A DNA stretch of 64,000 nucleotides from Dehalococcoidia bacterium (GCA_965242765.1 CBDESY010000003.1:4578-68577); one strand, 5' to 3'. Numbered from the stretch's first letter, positions 1-10,630 are shown. A program made the numbers and translations. Notes: generated from the letters alone by a model not told the origin.

Positions 1-140
1 TCATCGCACTTTTCATAGCCGGCTACCTATTCGGTAAGACTTTGATTTCTAGACCAACATCAGCGTCGACGGATGGTGTCTGAGCAGTCCGTCGTCCGCG
101 TGGAGCCCCGGACGCCATCACCCGGGGTTTCACAAACGTT

Positions 141-545
141 TCAGCTGAGCGGTCCGCCGAATATCTTACCTAGACCGCCTGCGATGTTGCCGATCACAGA
201 AGCTATGGCACCGCCCATGACGCGCCAAATCGTCAGGAACATGACGACGAAGCCGACGCTTGCAAGTAGAGTTCGGAAAAATCCCCAACCATCCGAGAAC
301 ACATTCTCGTAGCCAGAGAACGCAAAAATGGCAAACAATCCATAGGCGATTTTGCCCATCGCTCCAAGTAGACCGAACGGATTCTGGAGTATCGTCTGAA
401 GCGATTGCATCGCTTCATTAAAGCTTTCGATCGGTCCGACATCACCCCAAGCAGCATCAGCACCAGTCGCACTAAGAGCCCACAATTCAGCTAGCGAACA
501 TGCGATGTGCAACCCGGCGAATACCAGATATAGCTTTACTGTCAC
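141..545 (-). CDS. small multi-pass membrane protein coupled to giant ORF A
   Basis: 134-aa ORF. Its GTG start overlaps the TGA stop of 542..10630 (GTGA). Several hydrophobic Gly-rich helices (GLFAIFAF, VGFVVMFLTIW, GGAIASVIGNIAGGLG). No family recognised. Confidence 0.55.
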   Translation of the reverse strand: MTVKLYLVFAGLHIACSLAELWALSATGADAAWGDVGPIESFNEAMQSLQTILQNPFGLLGAMGKIAYGLFAIFAFSGYENVFSDGWGFFRTLLASVGFVVMFLTIWRVMGGAIASVIGNIAGGLGKIFGGPLS

Positions 546-3500
546 CTAGTGCCTCTTCGTTTCCCGTAGCCGGCCTGTTCCATAGTAACGCCCTTGGGCA
601 AGAAGCCAGTCAACATGTCGCCACCACCGCCACGACGACCGCCACCGCCGCCACGACGTTTAGGCTTATCCAAACGCGGCACTGGCATCTTGTTCATCTC
701 TTTCAAGCGCGCTTCGAGTTGGCGTTCGGCCTTCTCTACAGCTTCGGCTTCATGCTTACCTCTGATTTGTGTTTCTGCCTTCAGTGCGGCATACTCCCTA
801 ACCTTGCGGTCGTATTCGGCTTCAAGTTCAGCAACACTTCTTTCATCATCGGATTGATCATCAACCTCTACATCCAATTCCATCGCAAAGAGTCCTGCTT
901 GCGGGCCGGAACCCTTCAACGTATCGATGGCATCGTCAACTTCTACAAGCGCGTCACGCAATTCCTTCTTACGCGTTTCCCGCGCTTCAGGCAGACCTCG
1001 CAACCACTCAATCTCTTGCTCGCGGCGTTTCATGTTACGAACGATAAGTTTTTCTTCCCATTCATCGAGGTTGTAGTCGTTAAAGCGGTTTTCGTCGTAT
1101 TCGTTCAGGCCTTCAAGATTGCCAATCAGAACATCTATGTCCCCTTCTTCTTCTAGGGATAGACGCACATCGGCAATGCGTTGTTGCACGGATAAACTTT
1201 GATCGATCAACTCATTATGCCGATCCTCAGCTCTTCGCACGGAATCGTCGCCGATTTGATTCCCCGCCTTGAACCTGTGATCCATGCTATCTTGATGGCG
1301 CGCAATGCGACGCATCAATTCGTCTTCTTGACGATACAAGTCAATTAGTTGTCTGAAAGGCTTGCTGTTCCTAAAAGGCTCGCTGTCACGCGGCGGCTTA
1401 GGTTGAAGCGATTCAAATTGCTCTTGAGGTTTGGCAACTGGAGCGGACGGCTTGGGCTTAGATACTGCTTTAGCTTCGAGAGCCCACGTCTTATCGGATT
1501 GCCGAATCGCTTCTTCAAGTTGCGCCAACGACTGAGGTGTCATTGGAACATCTTGCATCCATGCTTCGCGTGACTCTCTGTAAGGTCGGTTATGCCTACG
1601 ACGTATTTCTTCGGCTAGTGCAGCCAACCTATCCAAAGCGTCGGGATCCGCCATCGTCATACCTCGCAGATTTGCCAGATTTGCGCGGCGACGCGCCCAT
1701 CCCCTATATTCCTCGATGTCTGGTAATTCATCATGCTCTTCAGCATAACGGGGACGATATACGACTTCAGAGAGTTCCGGTGCTGTAGACAGGGACAACC
1801 ACGGCTTGGCTTCCAAGTGCTTATCAAAATCAGTGCGTCGATTATAAGCAACTGCGGACTTTGCTAGCTTCTCGATGTATCTTTCAGACGGAACCGCCAG
1901 ACCGAGTTCAGCAGTTTTCTTAGCGGCATCGGACATGACATCTATAAAATAACGCGTCGAATCGTCCACATCTACAGTTTGTGAGTCGTCTGTGCGCTTT
2001 AACGGCGGCGGCTTCAACTCTGGTTCAGGTTCTTCAACTACCACTTTGGGCGGCGGCGGCTTCAACTCTGGTTCAGGCTTTTCAACTACCACTTTGGGCG
2101 GCGGCGGCTTCAGCTCTGGTTCAGGTTCTTCGACTACCACTTTGGGCGGCGGTGCTGGAACTGGTGTTGGCGGCGGTGCTTGCGGCGGTGTTGCGAAATC
2201 AGGGTCGATTTTATCGCCCTCGTAAGGCGGAACTTCGTGGCTACCTCCGGCAAGTTGTCCCAATGCCGACTCTTTGTTCACAAAGTCACCTGACGACAAC
2301 CCTGTAAGACGTTTGTCTTCAAGTGCGTCTTTTAAGAAAGACTCTTTAGTCCTTCCAGTTTTAGTTAGATCACGTTCAGCGGCGACCAATGCGTCTTCGG
2401 GAGAGTTAACCTCTGTGAACTGGTTCATGTCCCACATCGGTATCGCATCTTGGCTAACTGCGTTCCCGCTTGCATGTTGCACGTATTTCCCCAGCAGTTG
2501 TGCGATGGTCACTGGGGAACGATTGATTGCGTGCAATTTTCGAAACAGCGCGCGCTGTCGATCTGTGAGTGCGGACACTGTTAACGGTCCGAAACCTCTA
2601 GATATGAAGAATTGGTCGATTTCGTAAGGGAACTTTGCTTTCCTGTCACGGAACTTACGAGATTCAGGGTATGTTTCAAGCACCCGCATCAAGTCATCGG
2701 CGATGTCATACTCGGGTTCCAACTCTCCCTTTGAAATTGCATTGCGTAACTTCACCAAATCAAGCAACCCGCGCTCTACTCCCCTTTTTATCTGTCCGAT
2801 GTCGCTTGATGTGTCCTGATTGAACCATGGCTTCAACACTCGGTCGGCGGATGGGGAATTGCCCAATGCGTAAGTAAGCGCGGCTTTCTTTATCCTTGTC
2901 CGACCAGCATCGGAAATACTACCCGTCGAATCGAAAAAGCCACTAGTGTTGCCACTAGTCATCAGACCGACTAACTCTTGCAACGTTTCCTGATTGTCAG
3001 AACGTTTCAAAATGTCGTCAAAGGTTTTATCCCCTTTATCTTCGGACGACACTTCATTGAGCGATGCTAGTTGTTCAATGATTTCAGGCGTGAACATCGC
3101 GGCATCTTGTTGTGACTGTTCCTGCGTAGTCAGGGTCGCAGTCCGGGGTTGGTTACCTTGTCTAACAATCTCAGGGATGTCTGCCTTATTGAGAACGCGG
3201 CTAACAAGCATCGGATTTTCGAGTTGCATAGCGCGTTCAATGTCTTCTTCAGAGAACCCCATCAACTCGGCTTCTTCGCGCAACGCTTCGCGGTATGCTT
3301 CCATTCGACCGGGTATCGTTTCTGCAAGTTTGAAAGCCATCACGCGGCCGTTGCCGTCAAGCACCATGCCCCTTGAGTCAATGATGGGCGGACCGCCGCC
3401 TAAACCTCGCGAGTCCAACAATGGAAGCGGTTGCAAATCAAGCGCAGTCCCATATACCCAAGCCACAGTATCTTCACGATTGCGCGGTTGCAACGACTCT

Positions 3501-6500
3501 GAATGTGCATATTGAGGGTTTGGATCACCCGAACGCGGCATGTGCGATTGAATCACTTGCGAAGCGTCAATGATGTAGTAGCGCGTGTCGAACGTAGTGC
3601 TGCCTACCCCATAACGTTTACGTTTGGCACCCGATATAGCACCCTCGGTGACACCTTCATCAGACAGTTCAACTGGCTTATCGTCTTCACGCGCCTTCTG
3701 GCGTTCTTGAATCTCAATCTGCTTCTGAACATCACGCTGTTGTTGCTTCGTAAGGTAAGATACATCGATTTCAAGGTCTGGAGGTGCCGATGGCTTGGTA
3801 GCGGTAAGATTCCCTAGGCGATCAACGATATTGTCAAGGGATTTGAAGATGGCATTAACCTGCTTGCGCTGTTTAGCCGTTCGACCCTCCTTGCGAGATT
3901 CGTATCTTTCATTAGACCTCAGCGCGCTCAATTCCGATTTAGACAATCGAATCTGGTTGCCATCGCCGGTTGGCACGACCAACGCGCCGTCGTCATCAAC
4001 ATAAGGACGGCCCTCTGCTTTGGCTTTGGCGTTGAACTCCGACTTATGCGTCCCATCCAGCACTGGTTCGGCTTCAAGAAAGATTTCATCCAACAAATCT
4101 TGCTTCACTGCATCGATTTCAGTCGCCTGTTCCCTAAGCCGAACTACCAATCTCTCCACTTCATCCTGCGTACCCTTGCGCAAATCGCCCCATCGGGCAC
4201 CAAGGCGACTATGAATCCACCGATTATTCTTGTATGAAGGCAGTGTCCACGCTTCTATCGGTAATGTTTTAGCCTCTCTAATCCACTTCGATGTTCCAAC
4301 CAGATCGGTAACAGTGTCTTTGTCGAAACGCATCCATTTCCGTTTTTGCTCGATGCTGTCTAAACGCTCTTGCAGACGTTTCACAAACCGCGCGCCAGAT
4401 TCTTCGTCGATGGTCTGCAGGTCTTTCCTGCGTCTTTCAAGATGTTCTTCCAACGAGTCAAAATCACCCTGTGGTCGTGCCGACTCAAAGCGGTTCTTCA
4501 AAGCCTCTTCAGTCCATGCCCGGTCGCGGACATCTCCCTCGAAACGAATATGTTTGGCGTTGCTTGCTTGCAAGGTTTCCCAAGCGTCAAGGACTTCATT
4601 CATTGAAACAAGAACGTCATTGAACTCCAAATCAGGTGTAGGATCAACGTCGTTAAAGTCCGACGAGTCGATTTGCACTATTGGGACATCGCCGCTCGGT
4701 GAACTCGGAACATCAGTTTGATTAGATGGTTCGGGTTGCGTCGGTCTGGACAACGCGTCTTTGACGGCTTTGCGCGCACGGCGCGCAATTCGCAACTGTT
4801 CGTTGATAGCTTCAGCGTGTGCATCCAACTGCCCTTGCGGATGCATGTATATCTTTTCTTCTATCGCTCTGGCGTTAGCGGGAATTTTCCACGTTTCAGG
4901 ATCGCGAACTCTGCCAAACCTAAATCTGTTGTCTTCAGGTAAGTACTTGTCAATCGCTTCAAAGGCAGTTTTGATGGCAGATCGTCCATCTTCAATGTCA
5001 TTCGCAGTTGGCGCGGGTTGCTCATCTTCGGGCGGCGGCTCCTGTCGCAAGAAGTTAGAAGGGCGCATGACCAATGGCGCGGGTTGCTCATCTTCGGACG
5101 GCGTTGATATCGATTCCTTATCCTTACGTTCGGGCTTGATGCCTCTTTCTTCACGCCAATCTGCAAGTCGTTTCTCAGCAGCCTTCAAATCTTTAGCCGA
5201 CCACTGCAACGGACGCGCATAGATGTTGTTTTCCGATCCCAGCACCTGTGCCACTTCATCTTCGTTGTAACCAAACTCGGCAACTTGCTCAGCTGTCAAG
5301 TTATCTCGGTTCACGCTTTGTGTGCCGTGCTTACGCTTAAAGCGATTGAAGGCTAGGTTCGCCGCTTTCACACGATCAAGATTCTCGGATAAGTCCTTGA
5401 TCTGCCTTTCCATTCGTTCTTCAAAGTCAACATCATCATCGAAGGTCTGTTCCAACTCGTGTTCCAACCCGATGATGTGTCCGAGATACGCGGCATCAAC
5501 TTGAAGTCCACGATTGTCCGCGGCTCGCTGACGCTTAGTTCGTTCCAACTCGGCTTCGAGTTTCTGGCGGTAAGTCTTAGGGACATCGTTGGTTTCGTCA
5601 GTCGGAGTTTGATTATCAGTAGCAGGTTTATCTTTGTGCGATTGTTCACTGATTGCGTCTTCTGCTTTCGGATTATCGCCCTGCGCCCGCGCCAACGCCG
5701 CTTTAAGCACCTCGTGGTAAGTTGGCTCAGACAATTTCGGCTTTTCGAGATACTCTCGCGTCTGCCTTCCAACCGCATTGATCGTTTTTTCTTGCCGTTC
5801 CCTCAACTCGCGTTTGGTATAAGGCACACGATCCGTCCATTGATAACGATTCTCATTAATATCAGCTAAATCGCCTGAGCTGATTTCAAAAGACAGCTTG
5901 CCCGGAATGACCTCAATGCGAGTCTTCATATGGGCAAGCGGGACATCTCGCGAAACGATTTCGGAATCATTCTGCTTGAAAGAATCGCGCACCAGCTGGT
6001 CTACTGCCTCAAGCAAAGGTCGCCTGATACCCGCCGCACTCCGGCGATTTCCTTGTTCTAGAGCCGACCTGTATCTTTCAGACAGGTCGTGTATTTTCGC
6101 AATCTCTTCATCAGTGGCGACGCGCTTCGCCACTTCTCGCTCGAACGCCTTGAGGTCTTTATCCCACTTTCGAGCGGCTGAAGTCCAGATAGGGTCGTAG
6201 CCTATATCGCGCGCCATCTCAGCGCGGTCCTTCTTACTCAGATCAAGTCCCACATCCTCCAACTTGCGTTGTATCAATTCGAGCGAGTGCTTATGTGCGG
6301 CGATAGGGTCTTTGCGATTCAGTTCAACAAAGCCTGCTATTTCATCGGGCGTAAACTGAATCTGGCTTGCTGTCAATGCTGGATTCTTTGAATTGGTCGG
6401 CATATCAACGCTCTCCTTGATGCCGGGGGATAAACTAGCGTCGATGCGTTCTATCATATCCGCCCATTTATCACTTCGTTCTTCATAGAAATCGATGTCG

Positions 6501-9500
6501 CTCTCGCTAGCTCCGCCTTCTTCCATGGTTTCAGATATGTAATCTGAAAGGCTCAGTTCACTCTTTAATTTTTCGCGCAAAGTACTTCGTTCTTCGTCCG
6601 TCAGCTCTTCACCAGCGTCGAAGCGTCGCTCAAGTTCTTCAACCTCCCTGAACTTTTCAACCGCCGCCTTGCTTCGTTGATGTGTCCACTGCTCTTCAGG
6701 GATGTCTTTGATCAACCGATACTCAGCGCCGTAATCGGTTTTGTGGAAATCTCTACCCGACGCGTCAGCAACGGCGACCACAGTGTATTTTCCATCGGCT
6801 TCTTTGATGCGCTGCTTCATAATGGCACCGAAATCTCTGTAGCGATGGTTTTCGATGTAAGGTCTGGATTCTTCGATTAAATCAAGCACCTCGCTCTGTG
6901 GAACATCAACGCTGTACACCCGGCTATCGCGGGTAGACACTGCAAAATCGTGCGCCAAGTCCTCTGAAGGCGATAGCGACAACAACCCAAGCCCAAAGCG
7001 GTCGCCGGTGTGATTCGACATCTTGGTCGTCGGCGCGCCGCTAAAACGTCGCGGAGTTCCGTGATGCAGCCTTATTGTCTTGGGAACAAAAGGCTTGGGC
7101 TTCCAATCTGGGATTTCAATCGGCGTGGGAGGGAATGACTGAATCTCTTCGGCAAACTTTTCGTTAGGGGAATATCCATAGCCGTAGTCCTCGAGAAGAC
7201 GCTCGCTTTCTTGCGACAATACGTTACCGCTATCAAGCTCTTCCTTGATAGCGTCCCTGACTTCTTGCAACTCCTCAGCATCTTCGGCGATACCAGATTT
7301 TATTGCATCGATGTTGGACTCGGTATCCTCTACGAAGCGTTTGTATTCGTCCGCGTCTTCAATTCTGGGCAGTTCGTATTCGGCAACATCAATTTCGTAT
7401 TTAATCTCTTCAAGCGTAGGTTCCGGGGGGTTCTCTTTTGCTTGAACGAGGTAACGATGGATCAACGAATTGTCGATTTCGTCAGGCAGTTTCCGCATCT
7501 TACCCTTGTGGCGTTCAACGAACTCTGAAACGTCGGATATCCCGTACCGGCGCGCCAATGCTTCTAACACGCGGGCATCATCCAGCGTCTTAGAGTCTGC
7601 GGTTCCAAAGTCGCCAATCTCGATGTCTTGCGGACGATAGTAGGACGGCCTTTGGTCATGGTCAGAGATTCGGATAGATGTTTCAAAGTCTTCGTCGTCA
7701 CCACGCCACGAAGAAAGAGTCAGATAGGTTGAATCGGATAGATTGCTCTTATCGATGTCCACAGCGTCAACACCCAACTCCGGCAACACCTCAAGCAGAT
7801 ATTCGACTTGATTCCTAATCTTTCGATCATACGGCATCGAATGTTCAGGGACTGTGATTTTTCTTGCGCGCTTAATCGGTGATATCGGAGTGTCGGCGCG
7901 TGTTGGCAGTTCAAGTGCGGTCGCAGTTGGTGTATCAGGCAGCAGGTTTCGTTGTCCAACATCTTTCAAAATCGGCAATGAAGTTTGTGCTTCCTCATGT
8001 GGTTGAAGTGCGGAGTGCAACGCATAAACGATTGCATTATCTTTGAGCGTTCGCCCAGTCCCATCCGGTCTCGTCTGTCTATCCATATATGGCAGAAAAC
8101 GTCCGTCAAACTCTACGAAATCGTAATAGTGACCAAACCCAGTCGATGCACGATATTTAATATAGTTCGCAAAACGTGACCGGGTTTCACGCTTCCACTC
8201 TTCGTAGTCCTCTAGTTTTTCAGGAACTGGAAGCAACCTGTTCGGGATGCGAAGCACTTTGGCATTGTCGGGGACTTCTGCTTCCGGCACCTCATATTCG
8301 TCGATAACATCAAGTAGCCTACGCTCCCGGATAAACAGTTGAGCGCGCATCAAATTGTCAAGTTCCTTGGGGTCGGCGCGACCTAACAGCACCGCCTTTT
8401 CGAGTTCATGTTTCTCGGTTTCCAATCGATACTGGTGAGTCGCCTTCACCAAATCGGGAATAGGATCGGGTGATTCGTAATACGCCATCATCGCTTGCAA
8501 ATCGAGTGGTGCGCGTTGTTTGAACAAATCTTGATCGTGAGTGCGCTCTTGCAATCTTTTCACTTGTCTTGCGTATCGACTAGATAAATCTTTGATGTCC
8601 TCGAAAAGCTCGGCTTCGGCAATTGAGCGCATTTCATATCCGACCAACTGACGATCATAACCGCCAACAAGAAAATTAAGCACGTCCGACTTGCGCGCGT
8701 TATCAGCGAACCGATTGATTGTGGTTTGCGGACGTTGAACATGCTTAAGGTCCATGCTCTTCCGCTTCTCAGCGAAGATGTCCGCCGCGCGCTGGCGATA
8801 CTCCTCTTGGCTTGGGAACAGACTATCAACAATCGCCAACTTCTCTTCTTCAGACTTGTTGGCAAGGTCGTCCGGTATTTTGCGCGTTGGTCGCTTCAGA
8901 TACTCAAGGCTTTTCGTGTAAGCGTCGGAACGCTCAGGGTCAAAGATGATGTTGGGGTCAATCTCGGAGAGGCTAATTTCGTTGATCTCCGAGCGAGAAT
9001 CTTCCATCATCCTTCGATGGTTAACGGCGGTATTCTTACCCACTTTTTCTATCTGATCGGGCGTAAGTCTGAGGTGATAGAGTTCGGTTGCCCTTCTGAA
9101 ATTGTCAAGCGTTTGTTGGGTAAAGCGTGTATCTGGCGATTCCAAGAAAGAACGCCAGTCATAACCCAATCCAGCCTGCAACCTCTTATCTCGCTGCAAT
9201 TCCCCTCTATTTGCTAGCAACACTGACTTCGCCAGGTCGTCTGCGTCATCGATGTCAATACCACTCGCCTTGCCGATCCTACGGAGTGAATTGGCGATTG
9301 CTCCCTCAGTCATCACCGCATTGCTCAGCTTGGAATAATCCTTGGCAACACGCTTACGTATTTCTGCCTTGGTGCCTTCGTAGCCTTTAAGCTTGGCGTA
9401 TTCGCTGATGATGTCTGATACAGATTTGCGGTACTTCGTCTTCATCGCAAGATTATGTTTCTTGCGCGTTTTGGTGATAACTTGGTATGCTTCGTTCACC

Positions 9501-10630
9501 TCTGGCTTCATTCGACCAAGATGCCGGTCGTATAAATCCAACTTCTTTTTTGCAGGCTGGTCGGGGTGTGCCTGCCTGTACCACTGCATCGGGTTAGGCA
9601 AGTCATCAAGGATTGATGTTTCATCGTCGTGCCAAGGTTTGCCAGAGCCGATTCTGTTGATTTCTTTTCGCAAAACACCGCGCGTAGCCACATGTTCGGC
9701 GATGGCGGTCATCAACTGACGTTCTTCATCATCAAGGCTCCCAATCTCTCCCAACACCGATGGATCGGGGGCTATATGTACTGCGCTGTAAGTCGGGTTG
9801 TGAAGTGCTTTGCGATATTTTTTCGCCGCTGCGTCTTCAGCGTACTCGGCGGTAAACCTGTCGATTGCTTTAGCTGCAACCTCTGGGTGTCCGTGTTTCT
9901 CAAGCAACTCCCTAAAGGCATTCACCCAATCTTCTTCATGCGCTTCTTCTTGATTGTGAGCATGCCAAGCTGGTGCCAAGATATGAGCGTACTCATGCAA
10001 CACCATTGACGACAGTCGCCCGTCTTTTTCAATCAACCATTCAGGTGTAGCATCAGGACTGATAAAACAGATTTCGTTGCTACCTGTGTGAACGTGCGCG
10101 GAATGGTTGCCAGGCAACTTTGAATCTCTAGTGCAACCAAAGCTAATCGCTTCGAGTTCGGGCAGCGCGTCGAAGATTGGCTTCAGTCCGTAACGCTCTG
10201 CGCGCTCTTTCCAGATTCGGTTGTAACGCGGTGCTTGATCGCTATCAGCACTTGGCAACTCCTCAGGGAACTTGCCGTTACGTTTCCTATCTAAAGGATA
10301 GGGTTCGATAATCTGCTTACCTTCAGAGCGGCGGCGCGCATCAATCGCTTGTCGCCTGTCGTTCCACTCGCCCCAGGCTTTCCGCAAGGCAACTTTCCTG
10401 TTGGCAGCTTTCCCTACAAACTCTATCCATTCTTCGCCGTAAGGCCCCGTTTCAGCCTCTTGGTGTATCCACGCAGCAAGATCACGATAACGTTCTCTGG
10501 AATGCATCAGGCGCAGATAGTTTGCCTCGGGGTTATCACTCAACTCACCGGCTTGCGTCATAAAATCCAGCCAATCCTCGTCAGAGGTCATTGGCTGGTT
10601 GGTGTACGGATTGACGAACTGCTTGGTCAT
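542..10630 (-). CDS. giant polyvalent-type protein A (3362 aa; SprT/zincin-like plus ParB-like motifs)
   Basis: Uninterrupted 10.1-kb ORF. N-terminal 'VLHEYAHILAP...HEEDW' at nt 9977-10003. 'LQPRNRED...LDGNGRVMAF' at nt ~3300-3590. Three 16-aa Pro-rich repeats. The remainder is highly charged. ATGA overlap with the upstream ORF 10627..10992. Confidence 0.9.
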   Translation of the reverse strand: MTKQFVNPYTNQPMTSDEDWLDFMTQAGELSDNPEANYLRLMHSRERYRDLAAWIHQEAETGPYGEEWIEFVGKAANRKVALRKAWGEWNDRRQAIDARRRSEGKQIIEPYPLDRKRNGKFPEELPSADSDQAPRYNRIWKERAERYGLKPIFDALPELEAISFGCTRDSKLPGNHSAHVHTGSNEICFISPDATPEWLIEKDGRLSSMVLHEYAHILAPAWHAHNQEEAHEEDWVNAFRELLEKHGHPEVAAKAIDRFTAEYAEDAAAKKYRKALHNPTYSAVHIAPDPSVLGEIGSLDDEERQLMTAIAEHVATRGVLRKEINRIGSGKPWHDDETSILDDLPNPMQWYRQAHPDQPAKKKLDLYDRHLGRMKPEVNEAYQVITKTRKKHNLAMKTKYRKSVSDIISEYAKLKGYEGTKAEIRKRVAKDYSKLSNAVMTEGAIANSLRRIGKASGIDIDDADDLAKSVLLANRGELQRDKRLQAGLGYDWRSFLESPDTRFTQQTLDNFRRATELYHLRLTPDQIEKVGKNTAVNHRRMMEDSRSEINEISLSEIDPNIIFDPERSDAYTKSLEYLKRPTRKIPDDLANKSEEEKLAIVDSLFPSQEEYRQRAADIFAEKRKSMDLKHVQRPQTTINRFADNARKSDVLNFLVGGYDRQLVGYEMRSIAEAELFEDIKDLSSRYARQVKRLQERTHDQDLFKQRAPLDLQAMMAYYESPDPIPDLVKATHQYRLETEKHELEKAVLLGRADPKELDNLMRAQLFIRERRLLDVIDEYEVPEAEVPDNAKVLRIPNRLLPVPEKLEDYEEWKRETRSRFANYIKYRASTGFGHYYDFVEFDGRFLPYMDRQTRPDGTGRTLKDNAIVYALHSALQPHEEAQTSLPILKDVGQRNLLPDTPTATALELPTRADTPISPIKRARKITVPEHSMPYDRKIRNQVEYLLEVLPELGVDAVDIDKSNLSDSTYLTLSSWRGDDEDFETSIRISDHDQRPSYYRPQDIEIGDFGTADSKTLDDARVLEALARRYGISDVSEFVERHKGKMRKLPDEIDNSLIHRYLVQAKENPPEPTLEEIKYEIDVAEYELPRIEDADEYKRFVEDTESNIDAIKSGIAEDAEELQEVRDAIKEELDSGNVLSQESERLLEDYGYGYSPNEKFAEEIQSFPPTPIEIPDWKPKPFVPKTIRLHHGTPRRFSGAPTTKMSNHTGDRFGLGLLSLSPSEDLAHDFAVSTRDSRVYSVDVPQSEVLDLIEESRPYIENHRYRDFGAIMKQRIKEADGKYTVVAVADASGRDFHKTDYGAEYRLIKDIPEEQWTHQRSKAAVEKFREVEELERRFDAGEELTDEERSTLREKLKSELSLSDYISETMEEGGASESDIDFYEERSDKWADMIERIDASLSPGIKESVDMPTNSKNPALTASQIQFTPDEIAGFVELNRKDPIAAHKHSLELIQRKLEDVGLDLSKKDRAEMARDIGYDPIWTSAARKWDKDLKAFEREVAKRVATDEEIAKIHDLSERYRSALEQGNRRSAAGIRRPLLEAVDQLVRDSFKQNDSEIVSRDVPLAHMKTRIEVIPGKLSFEISSGDLADINENRYQWTDRVPYTKRELRERQEKTINAVGRQTREYLEKPKLSEPTYHEVLKAALARAQGDNPKAEDAISEQSHKDKPATDNQTPTDETNDVPKTYRQKLEAELERTKRQRAADNRGLQVDAAYLGHIIGLEHELEQTFDDDVDFEERMERQIKDLSENLDRVKAANLAFNRFKRKHGTQSVNRDNLTAEQVAEFGYNEDEVAQVLGSENNIYARPLQWSAKDLKAAEKRLADWREERGIKPERKDKESISTPSEDEQPAPLVMRPSNFLRQEPPPEDEQPAPTANDIEDGRSAIKTAFEAIDKYLPEDNRFRFGRVRDPETWKIPANARAIEEKIYMHPQGQLDAHAEAINEQLRIARRARKAVKDALSRPTQPEPSNQTDVPSSPSGDVPIVQIDSSDFNDVDPTPDLEFNDVLVSMNEVLDAWETLQASNAKHIRFEGDVRDRAWTEEALKNRFESARPQGDFDSLEEHLERRRKDLQTIDEESGARFVKRLQERLDSIEQKRKWMRFDKDTVTDLVGTSKWIREAKTLPIEAWTLPSYKNNRWIHSRLGARWGDLRKGTQDEVERLVVRLREQATEIDAVKQDLLDEIFLEAEPVLDGTHKSEFNAKAKAEGRPYVDDDGALVVPTGDGNQIRLSKSELSALRSNERYESRKEGRTAKQRKQVNAIFKSLDNIVDRLGNLTATKPSAPPDLEIDVSYLTKQQQRDVQKQIEIQERQKAREDDKPVELSDEGVTEGAISGAKRKRYGVGSTTFDTRYYIIDASQVIQSHMPRSGDPNPQYAHSESLQPRNREDTVAWVYGTALDLQPLPLLDSRGLGGGPPIIDSRGMVLDGNGRVMAFKLAETIPGRMEAYREALREEAELMGFSEEDIERAMQLENPMLVSRVLNKADIPEIVRQGNQPRTATLTTQEQSQQDAAMFTPEIIEQLASLNEVSSEDKGDKTFDDILKRSDNQETLQELVGLMTSGNTSGFFDSTGSISDAGRTRIKKAALTYALGNSPSADRVLKPWFNQDTSSDIGQIKRGVERGLLDLVKLRNAISKGELEPEYDIADDLMRVLETYPESRKFRDRKAKFPYEIDQFFISRGFGPLTVSALTDRQRALFRKLHAINRSPVTIAQLLGKYVQHASGNAVSQDAIPMWDMNQFTEVNSPEDALVAAERDLTKTGRTKESFLKDALEDKRLTGLSSGDFVNKESALGQLAGGSHEVPPYEGDKIDPDFATPPQAPPPTPVPAPPPKVVVEEPEPELKPPPPKVVVEKPEPELKPPPPKVVVEEPEPELKPPPLKRTDDSQTVDVDDSTRYFIDVMSDAAKKTAELGLAVPSERYIEKLAKSAVAYNRRTDFDKHLEAKPWLSLSTAPELSEVVYRPRYAEEHDELPDIEEYRGWARRRANLANLRGMTMADPDALDRLAALAEEIRRRHNRPYRESREAWMQDVPMTPQSLAQLEEAIRQSDKTWALEAKAVSKPKPSAPVAKPQEQFESLQPKPPRDSEPFRNSKPFRQLIDLYRQEDELMRRIARHQDSMDHRFKAGNQIGDDSVRRAEDRHNELIDQSLSVQQRIADVRLSLEEEGDIDVLIGNLEGLNEYDENRFNDYNLDEWEEKLIVRNMKRREQEIEWLRGLPEARETRKKELRDALVEVDDAIDTLKGSGPQAGLFAMELDVEVDDQSDDERSVAELEAEYDRKVREYAALKAETQIRGKHEAEAVEKAERQLEARLKEMNKMPVPRLDKPKRRGGGGGRRGGGGDMLTGFLPKGVTMEQAGYGKRRGTR
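2003..2146 (-). repeat. 3 x 48-bp in-frame tandem repeat (PPPKVVVEEPEPELKP)
   Basis: Units start at 2003, 2051 and 2099. Each differs from the others at about 2 nt. Confidence 0.9.
3300..3590 (-). other. ParB/sulfiredoxin-like domain inside giant A
   Basis: 'YYIIDASQVIQSH...YAHSESLQPRNRED...GGPPIIDSRGMVLDGNGRVMAF'. This matches the recalled lQpRdR ... sGNGRt signature of ParB-like domains in phage/plasmid polyvalent proteins. Confidence 0.55.
9880..10110 (-). other. SprT/zincin-like metallopeptidase motif region inside giant A
   Basis: HExxH 'HEYAH' followed by 'AHNQEEAHEEDW'. The same signature occurs in the stand-alone ORF 45947..46387 ('LHEYAHIIAPNEYHHHGLLW'). Confidence 0.5.
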
